Shown: one piece after another, positions 43,962 through 53,932 of the stretch
How positions within the stretch are numbered: position 1 is the first letter of the stretch
Layout of the letters: each line of letters begins with the position of its first letter
Origin: an uncultured Rhodobacteraceae bacterium
GTDB lineage: Bacteria > Pseudomonadota > Alphaproteobacteria > Rhodobacterales > Rhodobacteraceae
Length of the DNA stretch: 64,000 nucleotides
Direction of reading: 5' to 3'
NCBI GenBank assembly: GCA_938005545.1
Contig: CALKXV010000001.1
Location: 37,792 to 101,791 of the forward strand
The notes under the pieces: generated by a model
What the model was told of the DNA's origin: nothing
Database searches by the model: none
What the model saw: only the letters and a program-made list of their open reading frames with translations
Translations under genes and position numbers: made by a program

Positions 43962-44969
43962 ATGCACGTAACTTCAGTGGGCGATCTTTCAAAAAACCTT
44001 CAACTGCGTCGCGATACAGGTCGCATCAAGACCGATTTGTCTCGGCTCACAAATGAACTTTCAAGCGGGATAGACAGTAATCTCGTTGGTCGTTTTAAAG
44101 GAAATTTTGGACCGCTTGCTGGTGTTGAACGTGGGCTTGCGAGGACAGAGAGTTTTCTTTCCGTCATCGCCGAGCGCCAATTGGTCGTGAGCAATCAGCA
44201 GGTCTCGTTGACAAACCTGCGCGCGCTTGGGGAAATTTCGTCATCCCTGCTGATTGTGCAAGATACAGGCGATCCAACACTGGTCGAAAGTGCCGGCCAA
44301 GATGCGCTTTCGAGGTTCTCCTCTGCGATTGCCAACTTAAATACACAATCGGGTGGGCGATCTATATTTGCCGGAACTGCGACGGATAGACCCGCTGTCG
44401 CCGATGCGGAAATCATTTTCACGGACATTGAGGCTGAAATCGCATTGGCAGGCGCGATCACGGCCGAAGATGTCGCCACGGTTGTTAACGATTGGTTCGC
44501 TGTGGGCGGTGGATACGATACATTGGGTTATGTTGGGGGTGCCGCAGAATCAAGCGGGCCCCGGATTTCCGAAGGCGAAATTTCTTCGTCGTCGCCAACG
44601 GCCGATGAGGATGCGTTCCGCTCTTTTCTTGCCGCTCTTGCAACCGGCGCATTGATCGGACGAGGCGTTCTGTCCACAGAAACCGTGGAACAGGGACGGC
44701 TGGCGCGAATTGCCGGGCTTAGCCTTTTCGAAGCCGATGCAAACCTGGTTAACTTACAAGCAAGAATTGGGTCCTCCGAGGGCCAAATCGATCGCGCGCG
44801 AAGCGAAGTCTTGGCTGAATCTGGCGCGCTCCAATTGGCGCGAACCGAACTTATCGGGGTCGATCCATTTGAAACGGCGGTCGAACTACAGTCCGCAGAG
44901 ATTCAACTTCAGACTTTGTATTCCATCACGGCGAGACTTTCGCGCCTTTCACTCACAGGATACTTATAA
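43962..44969 (+). CDS. flgL: Flagellar hook-associated protein 3 FlgL (flagellin-like)
   Basis: 335 aa with flagellin-like N- and C-terminal helices. Immediately follows flgK. Confidence 0.7.
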   Translation: MHVTSVGDLSKNLQLRRDTGRIKTDLSRLTNELSSGIDSNLVGRFKGNFGPLAGVERGLARTESFLSVIAERQLVVSNQQVSLTNLRALGEISSSLLIVQDTGDPTLVESAGQDALSRFSSAIANLNTQSGGRSIFAGTATDRPAVADAEIIFTDIEAEIALAGAITAEDVATVVNDWFAVGGGYDTLGYVGGAAESSGPRISEGEISSSSPTADEDAFRSFLAALATGALIGRGVLSTETVEQGRLARIAGLSLFEADANLVNLQARIGSSEGQIDRARSEVLAESGALQLARTELIGVDPFETAVELQSAEIQLQTLYSITARLSRLSLTGYL

Positions 44970-46066
44970 TGCGTTTCATCCTTGTTTGCCTGACTTTGAT
45001 TTGTGCGAATTCTGTTCATGCTGCCGAAGTCCGCATCAAGGATTTAGTCGAGTTCGATGGTGTTCGTGGCAACGATTTGATTGGGTATGGTCTGGTCGTG
45101 GGCTTGAACGGGACTGGCGACGGAATTCGAAACGCGCCGTTCACCGAAGACATCATGTCCAATATTCTGGAGCGGCTTGGGGTCAATGTTACGGGCGAAC
45201 AGTTCCGCCCGCGCAATGTCGCCGCGGTTCTTGTGACGGCCGAACTTCCGCCATTCGCAAGGGCCGGTGGCCGCATTGATGTTACGGTCTCGGCGATTGG
45301 TGATGCCAACAGTTTGTTGGGCGGGACATTGGTGATGACACCTTTGAACGCAGCGGATGGGCTTATCTATGCCGTCGGACAGGGGACGATCATTGCCGGC
45401 GGCGCCTCGGTTGAAGGTGACGGCGCGACCATTGTCCAGGGCGTGCCAACGGCCGGTGTCATCCCCGGTGGTGCGCGCGTTGAACGGGAAGTGCCTTTTG
45501 ATTTTACGACCTTGGGTGAAATCCGACTGGCTCTTCGGTCGCCAGATTTTACGACGGCTGCTCGAATTGAAAACACCATAAACTCAGCGTTTGGTCACCG
45601 CGTGGCGACGATGACTGATTCAGGTACGGTCGTACTTCGCGTGGATGCGACCGGAACCAATTCGCCAGCCCATGCCTTGAGCGCGATAGAAACGCTGACC
45701 GTCGAGCCAGAACAAAGAGCGCGCGTTGTCGTTGATCAACGGTCGGGTACAATTGTTATGGGCGAGGATGTGAGAGTTTCGCGCGTTGCAGTCAGCCAAG
45801 GAAACCTGACGCTTCGAATTGAGGAGGTTCCAATCGTCGTGCAACCGAACCCATTCGCAGAAGGCGAAACAATCGTGGTTCCGCGAACGCGCGTCGGCAT
45901 TGAGGAAGAGCCAGGCATTGGGCTTGCCGAGGTTCCCGAGGGAACAACTCTTTCGGAAGTTGTGGCGGGCCTTAATGCCCTTGGTGTTTCTCCACGCGAT
46001 ATGATCGACATTCTGAAGACCATAAAAGCCGCAGGTGCGCTGCATGCTGAGTTTGTTGTTCGCTGA
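44969..46066 (+). CDS. flgI: Flagellar P-ring protein FlgI
   Basis: 365 aa with a signal peptide. VRIKDLVEFDGVRGNDLIGYGLVVGLNGTGD signature. Confidence 0.92.
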   Translation: MRFILVCLTLICANSVHAAEVRIKDLVEFDGVRGNDLIGYGLVVGLNGTGDGIRNAPFTEDIMSNILERLGVNVTGEQFRPRNVAAVLVTAELPPFARAGGRIDVTVSAIGDANSLLGGTLVMTPLNAADGLIYAVGQGTIIAGGASVEGDGATIVQGVPTAGVIPGGARVEREVPFDFTTLGEIRLALRSPDFTTAARIENTINSAFGHRVATMTDSGTVVLRVDATGTNSPAHALSAIETLTVEPEQRARVVVDQRSGTIVMGEDVRVSRVAVSQGNLTLRIEEVPIVVQPNPFAEGETIVVPRTRVGIEEEPGIGLAEVPEGTTLSEVVAGLNALGVSPRDMIDILKTIKAAGALHAEFVVR

Positions 46067-46308
46067 CCGTTATATTGGTGGGATTCTGGGGGTTTGTTTC
46101 TAAATGCCGCTTAGATATGCCATCCTTATCGAACAGTCTCGGGCATCTGACGATCCTCGGTCGGTTTCAAACCCAGAGGACGTGAGCTATTTTCTGCATG
46201 TGCGTCCCCTGTCGATTTGTCGATCAACCATACGGCAAGGATCAAATTCGAAAAATCCGGCAAAAGTATAAAGCACGTGTCATGTTGCGTAACGTGAGCG
46301 CGGGATGC

Positions 46309-47154
46309 TTAGCGGGTTTCCGCCGCCAGAAGTGCCGCCAATCCTGATCGGTAATCGGGATAGCGCAGTTTCACACCCAGTTCGTTTTTGATGCGGTCGT
46401 TTTTTACGCGCTTGGATTCGGCGTAAAAACTCCGAGCCATGGGTGTCATCTCGGCGTCTTCGAAGGATACGGCAGGTGGAACCGGAAGACCAAGAAGGTC
46501 AGCGGCGTATTCGATTACTGTTTCGGGGGCGGCGGGATCATCGTCGCAAAGGTTATAAACTGCACCTGGATTGGGTTTGTTGATCGACGCGGCGAGTACA
46601 GCGGCGATGTCGTCCACATGAATGCGACTGAAGACTTGTCCTGGCTTGATGATCCGGCGCGCGGTTCCGTTTCGAACCTTGGCAAAGGGTCCACGTCCGG
46701 GACCGTAAATTCCCGCCAGTCGAAAGATATGGAGCGGCAAACCAAGCGCTTGCCAGGCGGCCTCGGCCCGGACACGCGCAATTCCGCGTTTGGTGGCTGG
46801 CGTCAGGGGCGTCGTTTCGTCGACCCATTCGCCATTGTGATCCCCGTAGACCCCCGTGGTCGACAGGTATCCGACCCATCGAAGATGGCTGGCGGTTTTG
46901 AGAGCAGATTCATATTTGGCCAGAACCGGGTCGCCAGTTTCGCCGGGCGCAACCGACGTTAAAAGGTGGCTCGCCTGATCAATGGGTAGATCGGAATCGG
47001 GCCAAACGAATGCTTCGACGCCTTCGGAGCGTAGGATTTCCGCCTTTTCTTCGGTGCGTGTCGTGCCGATGACGCGCCAGCCGTCGTCGAGCAACAGGGG
47101 TGTCAGGGCTCGTGCCGAAAACCCGTGACCTATGGACAAAAGAACCTTGTTCAC
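46309..47154 (-). CDS. NAD(P)-binding SDR/epimerase-like protein
   Basis: 281 aa with a Rossmann-like N-terminus and an extended-SDR-like pattern (STTGVYGD). Confidence 0.65.
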   Translation of the reverse strand: MNKVLLSIGHGFSARALTPLLLDDGWRVIGTTRTEEKAEILRSEGVEAFVWPDSDLPIDQASHLLTSVAPGETGDPVLAKYESALKTASHLRWVGYLSTTGVYGDHNGEWVDETTPLTPATKRGIARVRAEAAWQALGLPLHIFRLAGIYGPGRGPFAKVRNGTARRIIKPGQVFSRIHVDDIAAVLAASINKPNPGAVYNLCDDDPAAPETVIEYAADLLGLPVPPAVSFEDAEMTPMARSFYAESKRVKNDRIKNELGVKLRYPDYRSGLAALLAAETR

Positions 47155-47251
47155 CGCACGGCGGCCTTGTTTTCATGCGTCAAAGTAGAATTCATTGGCG
47201 ATCCTTCGCGCGGCCCCTTGCCAGACCATAGAATGGATGAAATCTAGGGAC

Positions 47252-49048
47252 ATGGAAACTGTGATATCTTCATGGGCGAGCGTCGCGCCCCGTCTTGTCG
47301 CGGTGGCGGCTGGACGCGAACCGGCTGATCTGGTTATTCGCGGCGGCAAATTGGTGAACGTCCAGTCCCGCGAAGTGTTGGATTGGGACGTAGCCATTGC
47401 AGACGGGCGCTTTGCCTATATCGGGCCCGATGCCAGCCACGCCATCGGCGACACCACTCAGATTATCGAGGCTGAGGGTCGGTATGTGATCCCCGGTCTT
47501 TGCGATGGGCATATGCACATCGAAAGTGGTATGCTGACGCCTGCGGAATTTGCCGCCGCCGTTATCCCGCACGGGACGACGACGATGTTCACCGATCCGC
47601 ACGAGATCGCCAATGTTCTTGGCTTGCGGGGCGTTCGTTTAATGCACGACGAAGCATTGGCGCAGCCGATCAACATTTTTACGCAGATGCCGTCGTGTGC
47701 CCCATCGGCGCCGGGTTTGGAAACCACCGGGTTCGAAATCACGCCCGAGGATGTCGCAGAAGCCATGCAATGGCCCGGCATCGTTGGTTTGGGCGAAATG
47801 ATGAATTTTCCGGGTGTGATCAACGCGGATCCGAAAATGCTGGCTGAAATCGCAGCCACGCAGGACGCTGGAAAAACTGTTGGCGGGCATTATGCGTCGC
47901 CCGACAAAGGCATCGCGTTTTCGGCTTATGTTGCGGGTGGTCCGGCGGATGACCACGAGGGCACCGCTGAAGCGGATGCAATTGCGCGCGTGCGAAACGG
48001 AATGCGTTCGATGATGCGGCTTGGGTCGGCGTGGTATGACGTTGAAAGTCAGATCACGGCTGTTACCGAAAAGGGCTTGGACCCACGGAATTTCATCCTT
48101 TGCACCGACGATTGCCATTCCGGCACTTTGGTCAACGAAGGTCATATGAACCGGGTTGTCCGGCATGCGATTGCTTGCGGTTGTGAACCGTTGATCGCTT
48201 TGCAAATGGCGACGATCAACACCGCGACGCATTTCGGATTAGAGCGCGAACTTGGATCAATCGCACCCGGCAGGCGGGCTGACGTTATTTTGACCTCGGA
48301 CTTGGTGACGCTTCCCATAGAACATGTGATTGCGCGCGGTCAAACCGTGGCGGAAGGTGGCGAGCTGACGGTAAGATGTCCGCACTTTGATTGGCCGGAC
48401 GACAGCCGAAACACAGTTCATCTTGGTAAGGTGCTTTCAGCGGATGATTTTGTTATCAACGCGCCCGAAGGCCGGAACCGTGTTACCGCGCGTGTGATCG
48501 GCGTTGTCGAAAATCAGGCACCCACTGAGGCGCTTACCGCCAATCTGCCCGTCGAAGACGGCATCGTTGAAGCAGAAGGCGGGGTTGCGCAGATCGCTTT
48601 GGTCGAACGTCACCGCGCCACGGGCGACGTGACCAACGCGTTCGTTTCGGGTTTCGGCTATACTGGGGAAATGGCGATTGCGTCGACGGTTGCCCATGAC
48701 AGCCATCATATGATCGTCGTTGGGACGGATCGCGCGAACATGGCGGCAGCGGCGAACCGGCTTGGCGAAGTTGGCGGCGGCGTAACGGTATTTAAGGACG
48801 GGATCGAAGTTGCTTTGGTTGAACTGCCAATCGCCGGTTTGATGTCGGACAGTCCTGCGCGCGAGGTTGCAGCCAAGGCGGACAGAATGGTGGCGGCCAT
48901 GGCCGATTGCGGTTGCACATTGAACAACGCCTTTATGCAGCATTCGCTGTTGGCGCTGGTTGTTATTCCGTCGTTGCGCATTTCGGATCTTGGACTTGTC
49001 GACGTCGATAAATTTGAACTGACCGACTTATTCGGAGAAGATGTATGA
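47252..49048 (+). CDS. ade: Adenine deaminase
   Basis: Amidohydrolase HxH (CDGHMHIESG) and typical N-terminus ...GREPADLVIRGGKLVNV. The ORF is open to 47195, so the start is uncertain. Confidence 0.88.
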   Translation: METVISSWASVAPRLVAVAAGREPADLVIRGGKLVNVQSREVLDWDVAIADGRFAYIGPDASHAIGDTTQIIEAEGRYVIPGLCDGHMHIESGMLTPAEFAAAVIPHGTTTMFTDPHEIANVLGLRGVRLMHDEALAQPINIFTQMPSCAPSAPGLETTGFEITPEDVAEAMQWPGIVGLGEMMNFPGVINADPKMLAEIAATQDAGKTVGGHYASPDKGIAFSAYVAGGPADDHEGTAEADAIARVRNGMRSMMRLGSAWYDVESQITAVTEKGLDPRNFILCTDDCHSGTLVNEGHMNRVVRHAIACGCEPLIALQMATINTATHFGLERELGSIAPGRRADVILTSDLVTLPIEHVIARGQTVAEGGELTVRCPHFDWPDDSRNTVHLGKVLSADDFVINAPEGRNRVTARVIGVVENQAPTEALTANLPVEDGIVEAEGGVAQIALVERHRATGDVTNAFVSGFGYTGEMAIASTVAHDSHHMIVVGTDRANMAAAANRLGEVGGGVTVFKDGIEVALVELPIAGLMSDSPAREVAAKADRMVAAMADCGCTLNNAFMQHSLLALVVIPSLRISDLGLVDVDKFELTDLFGEDV

Positions 49049-50523
49049 TTGATGATCGCCAAGGCATATCGACGCCAGACCACCCGGAACATGATACGTT
49101 TTCCGAGGCAGGACCTGCCGTTGCCCGGTTGCAGGAACTTTATGCATTGTCGGCTGATTTTTTGTCTCAGCAATTTCGTGATGTGCTGGCAAACGGGATG
49201 CCAGTGAACCGCATTCGGGCGTTTTATCCCGAGATTCGAATAACGACGAAAAGTTTCGCCAAAGCAGATACCCGATTGAGTTTTGGCCATGTGGCCGAAC
49301 CCGGCCGATATGCCACAACCATCACACGTCCTGATTTGTTCGGTAAATATCTGACCCAACAGATTGACTTGTTGATCTGCAATCACGGGATGCCGGTTCA
49401 GATTGGGTATTCCACAACCCCGATGCCTGTGCATTTTGCCGTTGCAAATGACGCGTCGTTGACTGTGCCGCAGGAGGGATCGGTGGATTACACCCTTCGG
49501 GACATTTTTGATGTGCCCGAGCTTTCAAGCATGAACGATGATATCGTCAACGGTCATGGTTTTTCCTATGAGGACGGCGCGCTGCCGCTGGCGCCCTTTA
49601 CGGCGCAGCGGATTGATTATTCGCTTGCGCGCCTGTCCCACTATACCGCCACCCAGGCCGAGCATTTTCAGAACCACGTCTTGTTCACGAACTACCAATT
49701 CTATGTGGAAGAGTTCGAAAAGTTCGCGCGTCAGATGTTGGCGGACCCTGACAGTGGTTACACATCCTTCGTTGGCCCGGGAAATATCGAGATTACGGAT
49801 GCTTCTGGGCCATTAAACATCCCTGCGAAGTTGCCGCAAATGCCGACGTTTCATTTGAAGCGCGAAGACGGTTCCGGGATTACTTTGGTGAATATCGGGG
49901 TTGGGCCGTCGAACGCCAAGACAGCCACCGATCATATCGCGGTTCTGAGGCCCCATGCATGGCTGATGGTTGGTCACTGTGCGGGTCTTCGGAATACGCA
50001 GCGTCTGGGTGATTTCGTGTTGGCGCATGGGTATCTTCGTGAAGATCACGTGCTGGACGATGATTTGCCGGTTTGGATGCCAATTCCCGCGCTTGCAGAA
50101 ATTCAAGTTGCCTTGGAGGAGGCTGTGGCCGATGTCACAAAGTACAAAGGCTATGACCTGAAACGTATCATGCGAACGGGGACTGTGGCCACGATTGACA
50201 ACAGAAACTGGGAACTTCGCGACCAATCTGGCCCTGTTCAGCGGTTAAGTCAGTCGCGCGCTGTGGCGTTGGACATGGAATCTGCGACCATCGCAGCGAA
50301 CGGTTTTCGCTTCCGCGTGCCCTATGGAACGTTGCTTTGCGTGTCCGATAAACCGCTTCATGGAGAGCTAAAACTGCCCGGAATGGCCTCAGAATTCTAT
50401 AAAACGCAGGTTGCACAGCATCTTTTGATCGGAATCCGGGCGATGGAGAAGCTTCGTGAAATGCCGCTAGAACGCATACATTCCCGTAAGTTGCGTAGCT
50501 TTGAAGAGACCGCCTTCCTGTAA
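49045..50523 (+). CDS. amn: AMP nucleosidase
   Basis: 492 aa with an Amn N-domain plus a PNP_UDP-like catalytic domain (VNIGVGPSNAKT...MESATIA). ATGA overlap with ade. Confidence 0.85.
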   Translation: MIDDRQGISTPDHPEHDTFSEAGPAVARLQELYALSADFLSQQFRDVLANGMPVNRIRAFYPEIRITTKSFAKADTRLSFGHVAEPGRYATTITRPDLFGKYLTQQIDLLICNHGMPVQIGYSTTPMPVHFAVANDASLTVPQEGSVDYTLRDIFDVPELSSMNDDIVNGHGFSYEDGALPLAPFTAQRIDYSLARLSHYTATQAEHFQNHVLFTNYQFYVEEFEKFARQMLADPDSGYTSFVGPGNIEITDASGPLNIPAKLPQMPTFHLKREDGSGITLVNIGVGPSNAKTATDHIAVLRPHAWLMVGHCAGLRNTQRLGDFVLAHGYLREDHVLDDDLPVWMPIPALAEIQVALEEAVADVTKYKGYDLKRIMRTGTVATIDNRNWELRDQSGPVQRLSQSRAVALDMESATIAANGFRFRVPYGTLLCVSDKPLHGELKLPGMASEFYKTQVAQHLLIGIRAMEKLREMPLERIHSRKLRSFEETAFL

Positions 50524-50655
50524 TCAGGCCGAATTTTGCCTACGAAATCGGCTATATCGGCGGTTTACTTACCACAAACCGTTGTGTACCTGCGCTAAAT
50601 CCAGTTAAATAAGGCCAATGCGCCACATTAGAGGGCCAGAACGAGGAGATTCAAC

Positions 50656-50943
50656 ATGGCAAAACCATTGACTAAGACACAGCTGGTCGCAGCGCTTGCA
50701 GATGCGATGGATAGCGACAAAAAATCAGCGGGTTCCGCGCTTGATGCGATTATCGAAGTGATCACCAAAGAAGTTTCGGGCGGCGGAGCCGTTACGTTGC
50801 CAGGTGTCGGTAAGATTTACTGCCGCGAGCGCCCGGCGCGTATGGTTCGCAACCCCGCCACCGGTGAGCAGATCCATAAAGAGGCTGACAAAGTGGTCAA
50901 AATGACCATCGCCAAGGCGCTTAAAGACAGCGTCAACGACTAA
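50656..50943 (+). CDS. HU-family nucleoid-associated DNA-binding protein
   Basis: 95 aa. LPGVGKIYCRERPARMVRNPATGEQI beta-arm motif. Confidence 0.88.
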   Translation: MAKPLTKTQLVAALADAMDSDKKSAGSALDAIIEVITKEVSGGGAVTLPGVGKIYCRERPARMVRNPATGEQIHKEADKVVKMTIAKALKDSVND

Positions 50944-50967
50944 GCTTTCTTAATTCATTTCTGAATT

Positions 50968-50996
50968 GGGCCGCGATTGTGCGGCCCTTTTCTTTT
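50968..50996 (+). terminator. Rho-independent terminator after the HU gene
   Basis: GGGCCGC-GATTGT-GCGGCCC followed by TTTTCTTTT. Confidence 0.75.
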
Positions 50997-51002
50997 GCGA
51001 GG

Positions 51003-51410
51003 TTAGGCTGTGGCCGCGCCCAGTGCGATATCCATCAGGCGTTTGATGTCGCTTTGGCTCGTTCCGGCGACGATCCGACCAAGTTCGCCATCCTGCGTCA
51101 GAACGACCAGCGTTGAACGTCGGGGAATGCGCAATTCGCGCGACAGGTCTTCACGGCCATACTTGTCAAAGTTTATCGCAACAAAGTTGATGGCTTCGTA
51201 GGCTGGGTTCTGGTCGCGCAATGCGTTGATGACCCGTTCCTGTCTTTTGCAAGTGGTGCACCAGTCTGTGTAGAAATCAACAAAAACAGTCTTGCCATCG
51301 GCGAGCATCTTTTTGACCAATCCGGGCGTGTAAGGATCGCCTGCCGCAGAGAGAGCTGGGGTCGCGATGCCAGTGGCTGCACTGGAAATTAGAAACGTTC
51401 GACGGTCCAT
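51003..51410 (-). CDS. Periplasmic thioredoxin-like protein (TlpA-like)
   Basis: 135 aa with a Tat-like leader MDRRTFLISSAATG and a WCTTC active site. Confidence 0.8.
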   Translation of the reverse strand: MDRRTFLISSAATGIATPALSAAGDPYTPGLVKKMLADGKTVFVDFYTDWCTTCKRQERVINALRDQNPAYEAINFVAINFDKYGREDLSRELRIPRRSTLVVLTQDGELGRIVAGTSQSDIKRLMDIALGAATA

Positions 51411-51420
51411 GATGATCCTC

Positions 51421-52134
51421 TTAAATGATGACTGACAAGTCTTGTATCCAGATGGGCAGATTTTCGATCACCCAAAATTCGATCACATAGTGAAACTTGA
51501 AATAGAGCGCGAGCCCAACAATGACAAAGATGGCACCCATGATTGGGCGCGCAGCACCCGCCAGAAAGCGCATCCAGTTTTGGCGTTTGCGAATGACCGA
51601 TTGGGCGCCATAGGCCAGGCCGATCATTATGGTCGAAACGCCAAGCGCGAACGTCACCATGATGGTGCCTGCGTGCAAAAGGCTTTCACCCTGACTGGCA
51701 AGCGAAATCGCCCCGCCAAGTGTTGGGCCGATGCAGGGGCTCCAGACGGCTCCTAACAGAAGGCCGACAAAGAACTGGCCGGAAACGCCGTTTTGATCCT
51801 GAGCGTCGATCTGTGTGTCGGCGCGCGATGCAAGACCGGCCGTGGCCGTCGCAAAACCAGCGGAAAACCGGGGCACAAGCAGCACCACACCAAAGGCAAC
51901 CATCACCAAAGCGCTGATGTTTGCAATCGTCTCGGGTGTGACACCAAAGGTTGGCCCAATCGCGCTGATCCCAAGGCCAAGCGTGACGAACGACAGGCTC
52001 ATGCCGGCGGCAAGGGCAACCGGCCCCATCCGTCCGGCTTGCAAGGCTGTGGCCAGTACAATCGGCAAGATCGGCAGGACACATGGGTTGATTAGCGTCA
52101 GCAGCCCGGCGGCATATCCAAGGATATATTCCAT
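51421..52134 (-). CDS. ccdA: Cytochrome c biogenesis thiol:disulfide transporter CcdA (DsbD TM-domain family)
   Basis: 237 aa with 6 TM segments and conserved NPCVLP and SPCIGP Cys motifs. Confidence 0.85.
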   Translation of the reverse strand: MEYILGYAAGLLTLINPCVLPILPIVLATALQAGRMGPVALAAGMSLSFVTLGLGISAIGPTFGVTPETIANISALVMVAFGVVLLVPRFSAGFATATAGLASRADTQIDAQDQNGVSGQFFVGLLLGAVWSPCIGPTLGGAISLASQGESLLHAGTIMVTFALGVSTIMIGLAYGAQSVIRKRQNWMRFLAGAARPIMGAIFVIVGLALYFKFHYVIEFWVIENLPIWIQDLSVII

Positions 52135-52181
52135 TGGCGCTATATGACCTTGCAGTTCAGGGCTGTCACCTCACAAGGATG

Positions 52182-53054
52182 TCAGGTCGCCTGGGGGTCT
52201 TTCGACAATTGCACCACCAGAATCGCGACTGTGATGATCGCAACGCCAAGGATATCGAGTGATCGGATCGCTTCGTCCAACAAAAGCGCGGCGATGGCCA
52301 CGCCAAAGAATGGGGTCAGGAAGTGAAAAGTTGCGGCGCGAACCGTCCCGATGCGCCTGACCAGCCAGAACCAAAGCACAGTTGCCAGAATTCCGGGGAC
52401 AAAGATCGTGTATAGGAAGGCTGCGATGATCGGTGGTGTCCAATTGAAGACCCAGGCTTCTGTGGCCATGGCAGGCACCCAAAGTGCGGCGCTTCCGATT
52501 AGCATTTGAAACCCCACCACGACCAAGACGTTTCCGCCGGATGATGCGCCGCGCACTGCCAAGGTTGCAATGGCCAACGCCAATGCCCCAACGAGACACA
52601 GAGCGACGCCAATAGGGTCGACACCGCTTGTCAGGCGCGAACCCATAATCAAGACAACGCCTGCAATTCCCAGGAATAGCCCGGCGATCCCCAGCGGGCG
52701 GATTTGTTCGCGCAGCACCAGCCATGCGATCAAAGCCACGAAAAGCGGTAAGGATGACGCGATAATCGCAGCCAGGGAGGCTTCGACTGTCTGCATGGCG
52801 ACGAAATTTAAGCCCAGGTAGAGCGCGTTCTGGCAGATGCCGAAGATGATCGTCAGGCGCCATTGCGGGCGGGTCAGTTTGAAGCTTTGACCCAACATGC
52901 GTGCCATCGCCAGAACGATGATGCCCGCGATCAGGAACCGGATGGCTGAAACGGTGAGCGGCGGCGCGTTGGTTACAATGATCCGAGCCGAGGTGAACGC
53001 TGATGCCCAAATTGCCGCAAAGACCAACCCGCCCAAGATGGCACGGACATCCAT
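52182..53054 (-). CDS. EamA/DMT-family transporter
   Basis: 290 aa with about 10 TM segments and a duplicated EamA-like pattern. Preferred over the overlapping 52171-53010 frame because of its hydrophobic periodicity. Confidence 0.75.
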   Translation of the reverse strand: MDVRAILGGLVFAAIWASAFTSARIIVTNAPPLTVSAIRFLIAGIIVLAMARMLGQSFKLTRPQWRLTIIFGICQNALYLGLNFVAMQTVEASLAAIIASSLPLFVALIAWLVLREQIRPLGIAGLFLGIAGVVLIMGSRLTSGVDPIGVALCLVGALALAIATLAVRGASSGGNVLVVVGFQMLIGSAALWVPAMATEAWVFNWTPPIIAAFLYTIFVPGILATVLWFWLVRRIGTVRAATFHFLTPFFGVAIAALLLDEAIRSLDILGVAIITVAILVVQLSKDPQAT

Positions 53055-53055
53055 G

Positions 53056-53928
53056 TTATCGCAGGTATCCGACTGCGTAGGTTGGTGTCAGTTGTTGGTC
53101 GGCCACATAGGCATCGAGTGCGGCCTGTTCAGGCTGACGATCTGTTTGGGTTTCGGCACGGGCCAACCCGCCTGTGATGAACAGGCTGTCCAGGTCTTCG
53201 CCCAGCGCGCCACGGATGTCTGTTATTATGCCGTCGCCAATGCACAGGATGCGGCTATCGGGGACAGAAGCGCCCAATTGTTCCAGCCTTTGCCGTGCGA
53301 GGGTGTAAACGGGCGGATGAGGTTTGCCAAAGTACAGGCTTTCGCCGCCCATTTCGGAGTAAAGTTGGGCCAACGCCCCGGCGCACCATTCACGTGTTTC
53401 ACCACGGTCGACGACGATGTCGGGATTGGCGCAGAGAAGCCTCAGACCCTTTTGTTTGGCGTATAGAAACTGGGGCCGGTTGACGGCTGGGTCTGCGAAC
53501 GGATCAAACGGCCCAAGACAGGCGATCCCGGTGGCGTCTTCCAGCGCGACACGTTCAATGACCACAGGGTCAGTCACAATTGCTGGAGGATCAAAGAACG
53601 TCATGTCGTGGTTCTGGCCGACGAACCATACTTTGTTGCCAATTTCGCCCCGGAACATGGCAACCCTAGCGCTATCGCCGCTGGTGGCGATGGTATCCCA
53701 GCAATCGGTTGGAACGCCAAACCCAACCAATTGTTGCGACACATCGGCCCGTGGGCGTGGAGCGTTTGTCAGTAAGACGACTTTGCCGCCGCCAGCGCGA
53801 TAGCCGCGCAGCGCCTCGACTGCCTCGGGAAGTGCTGTTACGCCATCGTGTAAACACCCCCAAAGATCGCAAAAAACGGCATCGTAGCGGTCTGCTATCT
53901 CGGACAGGTTTTCGACGATGCGAACCAT
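53056..53928 (-). CDS. HAD-superfamily class IIA hydrolase (TIGR01459-like)
   Basis: 290 aa. FCDLWGCLHDG motif I region, LLTNAPRP and GDGIITDI motifs. Confidence 0.75.
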   Translation of the reverse strand: MVRIVENLSEIADRYDAVFCDLWGCLHDGVTALPEAVEALRGYRAGGGKVVLLTNAPRPRADVSQQLVGFGVPTDCWDTIATSGDSARVAMFRGEIGNKVWFVGQNHDMTFFDPPAIVTDPVVIERVALEDATGIACLGPFDPFADPAVNRPQFLYAKQKGLRLLCANPDIVVDRGETREWCAGALAQLYSEMGGESLYFGKPHPPVYTLARQRLEQLGASVPDSRILCIGDGIITDIRGALGEDLDSLFITGGLARAETQTDRQPEQAALDAYVADQQLTPTYAVGYLR

Positions 53929-53932
53929 TGGG

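Noticed and set aside
46104-46271. 55-codon ORF (MPLRYAILIEQS...) in the 242-bp gap after flgI
   Set aside because: It has no SD, no recognisable flagellar small-protein motif and an unremarkable composition. It cannot be supported from sequence alone.
52171-53010. 279-aa same-strand alternative frame overlapping the 52182-53054 EamA gene
   Set aside because: Its translation is Arg/His/Pro-rich and non-hydrophobic. The 52182 frame gives regular TM periodicity.
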